Positions 35,601 to 42,330 of a stretch of 42,330 nt of DNA are shown here, piece by piece; within the stretch, counting starts at the first letter, position 1, and every line of letters starts with the position of its first letter. The translations under genes were made by a program, and so were the position numbers. A model generated the notes under the pieces. The model saw only the letters and a program-made list of their open reading frames with translations. It did no database searches and was not told the DNA's origin. Origin of the DNA: an uncultured Clostridia bacterium (GTDB taxonomy: Bacteria; Bacillota; Clostridia; Christensenellales; Borkfalkiaceae); assembly GCA_964483715.1 (NCBI GenBank), contig CAZACR010000001.1:1-42330 (forward strand), given 5' to 3'.

Positions 35601-38600
35601 ATATTCAAACGGATATTTCTCACTTGAACCGCAACCCAAGTATTTGAGCGACGCTTTTATATCCACCGTCTTTAAGCCCTTGCAGTTCTGGAACATATAC
35701 CTGCCCATAACTACCACGCTTTCGGGTATAACTACATTTTCAAGCGATGTACAGCCGTCAAACATATACATACCGAATACCTTAACTTCATTGCCGAAGT
35801 TTACGGTTTTGAGCGCGGTACAGTTTTTAAACACATTGTCGCCCATTACATATTCCGCAAAGGATTCATCGTAGTTGCAAACGGTGGCGTACGTAGCGGT
35901 AGTAAGTCCGAGCAAGTCTTTCCTTACGTCCGTGCCCTTTACAGGCTTGTAAGCGGGCATATTGACCGTCGTCAGCTTTCCGCATTCGGCAAACGCCGCC
36001 TTACCGATAAAGGTAAGTGATTTAGACAACGTAACAGTTTCAAGCGATACGCATCCGCTGAATACGCTTTGACCGATTTCACTGCAATTGTCGGGCAAGC
36101 TTATGCTCTTTAAGCTTGCGCAGTTATAGAAAGCAAAGCTGCATATCGTACGCAGGTTGCTTTGAGTGTTTCCACCAAAATCGATTTCCGTCATCCTCAA
36201 GCAGTTGGCAAATGCATATTCGCCGATTTCCTGCAACGATTTGGGAAGAACGAGTTTGGTTATGCGGTTCTGTCCGTCGAACGCACGCGCGCCGATTGAC
36301 GTGAAGCCTTCGGGTATGGTATACACTCCCGCACTTGCAGGAACTGCACCGAACGCGTAACGAACCGCCGTGCCTTCCAAGTTAAGGATAAGAGGCTGGC
36401 TTTCGTGAACTTTGAAGTTTACGCTGTCAGAAGCAATTTCTATCCTGGTAAGCTTGCGGCAATATGCGAACATATTCGTTATGTCTTTTACCGAACGTGA
36501 AAGATATATCGACTCTATCGGCGAGTTGCGGAAAAGATATCCGTCCTGCGTAATGCCGGTTATGTTGGTGCTTACGGGGAATATAAACGAGGTGAGAGCC
36601 GTATTCATGAACGTATCTTTACCTATAAAGCTTAAATCGCTTTGAAGCTCTTTGCCTACCGTACCGTCTTCAGCCGTTACTTCCACCTCTTTCGTATTGA
36701 AAATTACGCTTGCAAGCTTGGTACAACCACTAAACGCTTCACCGCCCACCACTTCGTTGCCGTCTTTTACCTGTCTGCCCAGAGATACGATTGACGCAGG
36801 CAATGTTATTTCGGTTAAAGACGTACAGGAAGAGAACGCTGCGTAGCCTATTAACGTAAGGTTCTCGCAATCTTCCAGATTGATTGAAGCTAAATTCGTG
36901 TTGCTCTTAAACGCGCCGTTGCCTATCGTTTCCAACAAAGAATTTTCCGCAAAAGTCACGTTGACCAAATTGCAGCTCTGGAACGCATAAGCGCCTATCT
37001 TTTTAAGCGAAGCAGGTAATTTGATATTTTCAACTTTTATGCGGCTATAAGAATAGAACGCGTTGCTTCCTATACTTTCAAGTCCTTCCGCAAACGTAAG
37101 CGTCGTTAAACTATTGCAATTGGAGAATGCATTGTTGCCTATCTTGTAGGCTACGTGGGTTGCGCCCTCAGCCGCCTCGGCAAACACAACCGTCTCCACA
37201 CCTGATCCGATAAATGCGCTGTCGCCGATTTCTTCTATCGTGGAAGGGAAATATACTTTTTTGATGTTTGTCAATTCTGCAAACGCAAGCGTTTCGATTT
37301 TCGTAGTTCTTTCGGGGAACCTTATTTCCGTCAACGAGCTACAGTTGTAGAACGATGCATTGTTATAAGTTTCTCCGTGATCTCCCGACGAAGTATATCC
37401 GGCGCCTATGGTAAGAGAATCGGTTCCGCCTTCCTCGAAATCCAGCGTAGCCAGTCTGGAACAGCCGTAGAAAGCTCTGGAAGCAATTAACTTAACCGTG
37501 TTGGGTATGTAGACGTAGGTAAGCGATGTACAGTTATAGAACGAGTTGCCTTCAATACTTTCCAAACCGTTGGGAAGATAGAACTTTTCAAGCTTTGTAC
37601 AACCGCTGAACGCGTCCATACCTATCGTAAGCGTTCCATCTATGCCTTCCGAGAATTTGATTTCGGTTACCGCTTTGTTGTTTTTGAAAGCGTTCGTCCA
37701 GATTTTCGTAACCGTTTTGGGAATATCGACTACGCCGCCTTTATTCGTGGGGCATACTACGAGCTCTTTTATCTCTCCGTCTTTCTTGATATACAAGATA
37801 CCGTCTTTGGAAGCAAACGCCTCGTTTTCTTCGTGAACGTTTATCGCTTCGAGAACAGTGCAGTTATCGAATACGCCAATTGTCACGATATCGGTTCCGT
37901 TTGCCGCATAAGTACCCATCTTAGCCAAAGACTTGGGAATGGTTATGCTTTCCAATTTAGAACAGGAAGCAAACGCACTGTCGCCGAGCTCTTGCAATCT
38001 CTCGGGCAAAACTACGGTCGTAAGCTTGCTGCAACCCTGGAACGCTTTGGGTCCTATTACGAGAGGTTCGGTTCCGCCTTCTTCAAATACGATAGATTCG
38101 AGGTTGCTGCAACCGTAGAATGCGGAGTCGCCCAGATATGTGATATTCTTATTTATTGTTATCTGCTGTATACCCGTTTTGCCGTAGAATACTCTGTCGG
38201 CGATACGCGTAACCGTATCGGGTATGGTATAGTTACCCGTCTTGGAAGCGGGATAATACAGAATTTGCGTTATTGCCTTGTCGAACAAAACGCCGTCTAT
38301 CGAAGTATAGTAAGGGTTAGCGGGATCAACTTCAACCGTCGCAAGAACGGAGCCGCCGAATACGCCGTTTATATCCATTACGGGAACGGACGCACCTAAA
38401 TACAACGATTCTACGAAACAGCCGCCGAATTTATTCTGGAAAGCTCCGGTCGCATAATCTACTTCGTCTTCTACTGCGCAGTTTACCGTAACGGCAACTC
38501 TGGTAGTGCTGAATGCAAACGCATTTTTTGCAACTTTTTTAAGGTTGGCGGGCAACGTAACTTCGGTTACGGGACCGCAATATTCGAACGCGCCCTGGTC

Positions 38601-41600
38601 TATCGTTAAAGGTTGGTTATCCGCCGTACCCATAAAAGTAATCTTGGTAATTTTATTGGTCGAAGGAACAATACTGCCTGTCGTCAAATTAACCGAAGCG
38701 AACGCATATTCGCCAATATAAGTAACGCCTGCGGGAATAACCAATTCGGTTAATTTTTTACAATCCGCCGCAGCTTCTTTGGCAATGGAAGTTACCGTGT
38801 TGGGAATTACCAAAGTCTGTCTGCCTCTGGGAACGTACACCAATTGAGTTTTATCTGCGGAAACGAGCAAACCGTCTACGGACGCAAATTTGGAGCTGCT
38901 ACCGGTAATATTTATATTTTCAAGATTTGTACAGCCTTTGCAAACAGCGGGATCAAGTTCGTTCAACCTTCCGGGGAAAGTTATTTCCGTAAGTTTGGAG
39001 TTACTTGCGAACGCCTCCTTGCTTACTGCAAGCGCCTCCGCCTGCTGACCTTCCGCGACGTCGGCGAACACTACTTTAGTTAAATTGTAGTTGGTGGAAA
39101 CTGCTCCCTCGCCTATGTGTGTTACAGTAGACGATATGTACAGCTCGGTTATACCGGACTGCTTCAACACGTTTTGCGGAAGCGCCTGAACGCCTTCGGG
39201 AACGTAATATACCGTGCCGTTCACTGCATTATAATTTATGGGATAATAGCAAAGCGACCAGCCGAGAGAGCTGTCTTTCAGGAACAACACGCCGTCGATA
39301 TCTTTATATACCGGCTCGAAGTCTGCGCGCTTGCTTGACGATTCGTAAACCGTAACCTCCTGTAATTTGTCGCAGTTCTGGAAGCAGGAACCGGAAGAAT
39401 TATTGCCCTTAGTGCCCACTTCTACGGAAAGAACCGTGTCTGGAATGCTTACGCTGGTTAAAGTTCTGCAGTCCGCAAAAGCACTTCCGAGTATTTCGAC
39501 GATGGGCTTTCCGCCGTACGTTTCAGGAACCTTTACCGAAGTAACGTAACCGATACCCGCGCCTTTCTTAACGGCATAGCCGTTACCTAAAGTGCTCGCT
39601 TCAAACTCAAGAATCTGATACCAGCCTGCATACAGCGTGGTTTCTTCGTCCTCGCGCCAATCGGAAAGGCTTACGCCGTAACCGTTGGTATAAGCAATAC
39701 CGGCGTTGTTGCGCTCTGTAAACCAGCCGGCAAATACATAGTTGGAATCGTTTGACTGAGGCGTGGGCAATTCGAATTTTTCGCCGTATTTTAATTTGAA
39801 ATTAACTTCGCCCTCGTAAACGCCGTTATCACCCACTTCGAGTTTGACGTTTATAAATTCGGCAACCCAGTAAGCGTACAGTTTTTTATCGGACTTAACA
39901 ACCCCGTCGGCAATTTTTTTACCGCCGGCGCGGGGACCGCCTTCCCTGTCGTACCAGCCGCCGAAAGCATAACCCGTTCTCTCGGGCTTGGGAAGCTCGT
40001 AATAAGAATTTGCTTCAACGTACTTGCTGCCTATTTCGTCCGCGCCGGAAGCTTCGAATTGAAGCTCGTACGCGTTAATTTTGATTTCTTCCCACTCTGA
40101 GCGGTTGTTATTTGCGTCCACACCGCAAATTGCAACAATGTTTTCGCCCGTTTTAGTGAGGTCGATTGCAACGCTTATCGCGCCGTCTTTCACCATTACT
40201 TCATCTTCATCGTTAACTTTTACCAAATAATATTCGGCAGTTACAGAAGCGGTCCAGGAGAGAACGCCGTTTTTATATGCGGGAGCCGTAGCAAGCGCCG
40301 TCTTGCTAAGCACTATAGCTTCGGAAGCTACGGAATTTTCCGCCGCGGAAGCACCGTTCGCCCTTACCGTAACCGTGACGTTGCCGTTAGCAAAGTCGGC
40401 TTCCTCAAGAGTGAAAGTCGTCTCTGTAGTCGCGGGCTTTTCCACACCGTTTACCGTTACCGTGTATCCGCCCGCGTTTTCAACCGCGTCCCAGCTCAGG
40501 ACGTAGCCGCTGACCTTTATGTTTGCGGGGCAGGAAAGCCTGCTCTTCGCGTACGCGTAAGTTTCCGCTTCGGAGTTATAACCGTCCGCAACGGGATATA
40601 CTCTTATGGTCATAGCGCCGGCAAATTCTTTTAAAGAGAAGCCGTCGCTTGCCGAGACTACACCGAAGGTACGGGTGGTCTCGCCCTGCACTATTTCAAC
40701 AACGTACGAAGAAGCGCCTGCAACGGGATTCCACTTCACCGTTTCATCTACAACGGTAAGCCCTGTAACTTTATCAAGGGTTCTTTCAACGGCAAACTCG
40801 CCTGCATAGGATTGCGCGTAACCTTGCGCACTCGCCGTTACGGAGAACTTAATGCCTCCCTTCTGCATTGTACAGCTGGTAAAATCGTATGACGTTTCAG
40901 TGCCCATATCCACGTCGATATGTTCGTGCCCGTCGTCACCGCAGTCTATGGTAAGCAGGTAGTTGGTTGCGTTGGGAACCGAGTTCCAGCTTACCACGTT
41001 GCCGTTTACCGAGAACCGGCAAACTTTTGCCAAAGCTTTGTTTCTATAATATAAAGTAGTAGTATATGTATCGCGAAGGGAAACAGTGATGACGTAATCG
41101 CCGGCATCTTTGTTTGCAAAATCGTATGCGAACTCGGATGTGCTCGTCGAGCCCGTCTCGGTAGCGCCGTCAGGGGTAGTAACCGTTACGGAATAACTAA
41201 CATTTGTTTCCTTGGAGGTAATTTTAAGACCGTTCGCTACTACTGAAACTGCAGGCGCATTGCCTTCCCAAACCGCAAACAGTGTGGTATCCTGATAAAG
41301 CTCCTGACCGGTGTATTGATAGGAAAGCTTTTCTGCGTCGTTGTAATCACTCACCCACCAGCCTACGAATTTGGCTCCGCTCTTGGAAACTTCGGGCAGA
41401 TTGTAAACGACGCCGTTGACGGTCTTAACCGCCGAAGGATCAATTACGCCCTCGCCTGCGTCGAACTTGACGTCAAACACATCTTTATTTGCATCAATCT
41501 GTACAAAACGTGCAAACACGTCGGTTGCACCTGTAATTTTTTTACTTGCAAAATCGAATTTATTAGTAAACGCCGCGTCCGAGTACCAGCCGATGAACTC

Positions 41601-42074
41601 ATATCCCGTTTTGGAAGGAGCTGCAGGCTGTTTAACAGTCTTTCCTTCCACTACGCCCGCCGAACTTATAACGCTGCTTCCGTCCTTAAAGCTGACCGTG
41701 TACTTGTTTACCAAAGCAAGCTCGAACGAAGTATTGCTATAAGTTATACTTAAAACGTACTGACCGTCCTCACCCGATTTCGTGAGTTTTGCCGGGATAA
41801 TATTGTTGACTACCGTTAAATTAAGGTTTGTTCCGTCGTAAGTGAAATCGCCCTGCTTAGCCGTGCCGTTGTACGAAAGCTTGAACGTTCCGTTTGAACT
41901 GCCGTCTAATTCGATTTCGCATTCCTTTCCGTTTGACTCGCCGTAATACACGCCCGTTACGTTATCGATGCTCACCTCGTGTTGACATCCCGCTAACGTA
42001 AAAGCCGCGGCACTGCTCGCCGCCATACCCATAACCAAACCGGCTATAAGTACCATACGCCTTTTTTTGCTCAT
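32628..42074 (-). CDS. Giant surface lipoprotein (3,148 aa): small beta module, Flg_new repeats, five Fn3-like modules, further Flg_new repeats, then a very long BspA-type LRR array
   Basis: ATG 42074 is preceded by GGAGG. Lipobox TLAGC (Cys30). Flg_new motifs TGYEFIGWYSDAAFTNKFDF...VFARF, GAKFVGWWVSDY...LFAVW, GYAFGGWYDREGG...LYAYW and NYVFAGWFTERNN...LYAGW. Fn3 signatures VSWNSVPNATNYLLTI, VKWNPVAGASSYVVEI, LSWDAVENAGGYTVTV and LSWTASVTAEYYLVKV. From about aa 845 there are continuous LRR units, such as IPDTVTRIADRVFYGKTGIQQITINKNITYLGDSAFYGCSNLESIVF. The ORF is an uninterrupted 9.4 kb. Confidence 0.9.
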   Translation of the reverse strand: MSKKRRMVLIAGLVMGMAASSAAAFTLAGCQHEVSIDNVTGVYYGESNGKECEIELDGSSNGTFKLSYNGTAKQGDFTYDGTNLNLTVVNNIIPAKLTKSGEDGQYVLSITYSNTSFELALVNKYTVSFKDGSSVISSAGVVEGKTVKQPAAPSKTGYEFIGWYSDAAFTNKFDFASKKITGATDVFARFVQIDANKDVFDVKFDAGEGVIDPSAVKTVNGVVYNLPEVSKSGAKFVGWWVSDYNDAEKLSYQYTGQELYQDTTLFAVWEGNAPAVSVVANGLKITSKETNVSYSVTVTTPDGATETGSTSTSEFAYDFANKDAGDYVITVSLRDTYTTTLYYRNKALAKVCRFSVNGNVVSWNSVPNATNYLLTIDCGDDGHEHIDVDMGTETSYDFTSCTMQKGGIKFSVTASAQGYAQSYAGEFAVERTLDKVTGLTVVDETVKWNPVAGASSYVVEIVQGETTRTFGVVSASDGFSLKEFAGAMTIRVYPVADGYNSEAETYAYAKSRLSCPANIKVSGYVLSWDAVENAGGYTVTVNGVEKPATTETTFTLEEADFANGNVTVTVRANGASAAENSVASEAIVLSKTALATAPAYKNGVLSWTASVTAEYYLVKVNDEDEVMVKDGAISVAIDLTKTGENIVAICGVDANNNRSEWEEIKINAYELQFEASGADEIGSKYVEANSYYELPKPERTGYAFGGWYDREGGPRAGGKKIADGVVKSDKKLYAYWVAEFINVKLEVGDNGVYEGEVNFKLKYGEKFELPTPQSNDSNYVFAGWFTERNNAGIAYTNGYGVSLSDWREDEETTLYAGWYQILEFEASTLGNGYAVKKGAGIGYVTSVKVPETYGGKPIVEILGSAFADCRTLTSVSIPDTVLSVEVGTKGNNSSGSCFQNCDKLQEVTVYESSSKRADFEPVYKDIDGVLFLKDSSLGWSLCYYPINYNAVNGTVYYVPEGVQALPQNVLKQSGITELYISSTVTHIGEGAVSTNYNLTKVVFADVAEGQQAEALAVSKEAFASNSKLTEITFPGRLNELDPAVCKGCTNLENINITGSSSKFASVDGLLVSADKTQLVYVPRGRQTLVIPNTVTSIAKEAAADCKKLTELVIPAGVTYIGEYAFASVNLTTGSIVPSTNKITKITFMGTADNQPLTIDQGAFEYCGPVTEVTLPANLKKVAKNAFAFSTTRVAVTVNCAVEDEVDYATGAFQNKFGGCFVESLYLGASVPVMDINGVFGGSVLATVEVDPANPYYTSIDGVLFDKAITQILYYPASKTGNYTIPDTVTRIADRVFYGKTGIQQITINKNITYLGDSAFYGCSNLESIVFEEGGTEPLVIGPKAFQGCSKLTTVVLPERLQELGDSAFASCSKLESITIPKSLAKMGTYAANGTDIVTIGVFDNCTVLEAINVHEENEAFASKDGILYIKKDGEIKELVVCPTNKGGVVDIPKTVTKIWTNAFKNNKAVTEIKFSEGIDGTLTIGMDAFSGCTKLEKFYLPNGLESIEGNSFYNCTSLTYVYIPNTVKLIASRAFYGCSRLATLDFEEGGTDSLTIGAGYTSSGDHGETYNNASFYNCSSLTEIRFPERTTKIETLAFAELTNIKKVYFPSTIEEIGDSAFIGSGVETVVFAEAAEGATHVAYKIGNNAFSNCNSLTTLTFAEGLESIGSNAFYSYSRIKVENIKLPASLKKIGAYAFQSCNLVNVTFAENSLLETIGNGAFKSNTNLASINLEDCENLTLIGYAAFSSCTSLTEITLPASIVSLGRQVKDGNEVVGGEAFSGCTKLASVIFNTKEVEVTAEDGTVGKELQSDLSFIGKDTFMNTALTSFIFPVSTNITGITQDGYLFRNSPIESIYLSRSVKDITNMFAYCRKLTRIEIASDSVNFKVHESQPLILNLEGTAVRYAFGAVPASAGVYTIPEGFTSIGARAFDGQNRITKLVLPKSLQEIGEYAFANCLRMTEIDFGGNTQSNLRTICSFAFYNCASLKSISLPDNCSEIGQSVFSGCVSLETVTLSKSLTFIGKAAFAECGKLTTVNMPAYKPVKGTDVRKDLLGLTTATYATVCNYDESFAEYVMGDNVFKNCTALKTVNFGNEVKVFGMYMFDGCTSLENVVIPESVVVMGRYMFQNCKGLKTVDIKASLKYLGCGSSEKYPFEYNKYYYSDIFNGCSSLTSVILPSTLEGIGKNSFKNCTLLTAVGYRDGDKLVMEEGTLSLPESVRVIADYAFSGTALEKVDLSTYPISSVLGTYLFQNCSMLTDVKLNDGLTELPNYMFDGCTSLSRITFPSAITYLGTYTFRNTGFTEIEIPASVTSLGSNKTTGVSSAYTFADCANLKKVILGGKLTTLGQAVFNNCPLLETVQYRADSGEIIGDEGTVTLPSTCVNFGTGSAPSYNSTTGLKTADGKGIFGNCGFTALTFNAKFPAAKATYMFVGCQKLESVSLGGDFEATDYMFMDCQNLTTVYFSGTKFKASTGTFKDCHALTTVTFDQDAVIDFKNGSKSYTFENCKALKEISLYRVTGYSSSMFKGCTDLETVQLNPNVNELRPYMFQNCSSLSMVYTDADKPEQPVIDISHITSLGTYAFDGCLTVNNVKLNNNVTALANYMFRNCVALTSITLPEKLTYLGTYTFQYSGLKSIVIPDTVTMIGTSTSSATASASAYTFYGCKSLTSVSLPSKLTKMSGYVFSGCTSLKSIELPETLTQIGNYSFQNTGLTSISLPAKCTTLGTKVFDGCTKLAEITVDSGNSAYKVGDDGSLLTTKDVVYFTPVTNLGGSNTSLEGLTKIEAGMFAGYEGESFVVPEGITEIGNNAFEGSSIKSITLPSTLIKIGDYAFRNCQLEELVMPDSLETITKGAFQFNPLKRIVFSTGLKSMPTSATFVNSSGASDHVFYGCTEVEEVIFPEGMTYMSPFMVRGCTKLKSVTIPSTITTYAGSYGAFEGMDWLESVTLTEGLKVLGQSMFEGCTSLKSITIPDSVDTLKNYVFESSGLTSITFPGSVNTISNQIMRDCKELVSVTIPEGVEVIDSMAFQGCEKLKSIVLPSTVKTINGSAFSGCTSLEKITLPEGLETIGSGAFFNCTSLKQLIIPSSVVNVNSTSQTGSIIYGWTEEQKLIVKCKAVAVYNMGAYWLAGSNADITFVLDEEEQSND
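32805..39542 (-). repeat. BspA-type LRR coding array of the 3,148-aa gene (about aa 845-3090)
   Basis: About 6.7 kb of degenerate tandem units of roughly 66-75 nt, encoding the AF..C..L..I.IP..V..IG consensus. My rough estimate is on the order of 90-100 units; they were not counted rigorously. Confidence 0.8.
40071..41261 (-). repeat. Five tandem Fn3-like modules (about aa 272-668 of the 3,148-aa protein)
   Basis: Each module is about 80 aa and carries a W-x2-V-x2-A-x2-Y-x-V/L-type signature. Boundaries estimated from my residue count. Confidence 0.7.
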
Positions 42075-42195
42075 AAGATACCTCCGTAATCTCTCTTGAT
42101 TTTATGTTTAGTCAAACGCCTTTAAGACGTCATTTTTGAATATATTCATCGGAAATGCATAATTTTATATTCCCGATTTAGGTTTTAATGCATTA

Positions 42196-42225
42196 ATATT
42201 AAACTATTTATGCTAATTATGTCAA
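42196..42225 (-). promoter_or_regulatory. Putative promoter for the 3,148-aa gene
   Basis: On the minus strand: TTGACA (42225-42220), an 18-nt spacer, then TAATAT (42201-42196). This is about 120 nt upstream of ATG 42074 in AT-rich non-coding DNA. Motif inspection only. Confidence 0.35.
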
Positions 42226-42330
42226 GCACAAAACACTAAAAATCGCAATTTTTACAAAACTTTTCGTTATAACGGGTATAAATTTATCTTATAACACTAT
42301 TTTGAAAAAGATTTTATACATTTTTCTATG

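Noticed and set aside
32805-39542. Regular ~70-nt periodicity that could superficially look like a CRISPR or satellite array.
   Set aside because: The repeats are degenerate, in frame and encode the BspA-type LRR consensus within an uninterrupted ORF. There is no alternation of identical repeats with unique spacers and there are no cas genes.
42075-42195. Possible riboswitch or structured leader in the ~120-nt 5' region of the giant gene, including a weak ATCGGGAA...TTCCGAT pairing.
   Set aside because: There is only an imperfect 7-bp stem with a bulge. I saw no conserved riboswitch core motifs and no terminator/antiterminator alternative.
1-42330. Mobile element, prophage or genomic-island interpretation of the block.
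   Set aside because: No integrase, transposase, recombinase, tRNA or flanking direct/inverted repeats are visible within the window. The boundaries, if any, lie outside it.

Overview
All supportable genes in this 42.3-kb window are on the minus strand. They form three apparent transcription units, separated by AT-rich spacers that carry promoter-like and terminator-like elements. Unit 1 (42074->32628) is one 3,148-aa lipoprotein. It contains Listeria-Bacteroides (Flg_new-type) repeats, five Fn3-like modules and a roughly 2,200-aa BspA-type leucine-rich-repeat (LRR_5-like) array. Unit 2 (32281->21228) has six genes: a 3-TM protein with a Flg_new ectodomain, a MoxR AAA+ ATPase, DUF58, two large BatA-N/vWA membrane proteins, and a 1,022-aa Fn3+LRR lipoprotein. 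Unit 3 (20995-><1) spans about 21 kb and eight genes: a 1,694-aa orphan lipoprotein, a 2,475-aa subtilisin-type (S8) protease carrying PA, Big_2-like and LRR regions plus a C-terminal TM anchor, a 525-aa lipoprotein, an oversized 869-aa family-5 substrate-binding lipoprotein, and OppB/C/D/F-type genes (the last truncated by the window edge). I saw no rRNA, tRNA, CRISPR, transposase, integrase or recognisable defence genes. Strong AGGAGG-type RBSs, lipoboxes and the domain repertoire suggest a Bacillota-like organism using code 11. Two candidates for undescribed systems stand out. (a) The MoxR-DUF58-vWA module appears to be co-transcribed with proteins built from the same Flg_new/LRR parts as the neighbouring giant adhesin-like genes. 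(b) A cell-envelope protease, two orphan lipoproteins and a structurally expanded Opp transporter are physically coupled. All domain calls come from motif recognition by eye, not searches. Sub-gene coordinates are estimates (about +/-30 nt).
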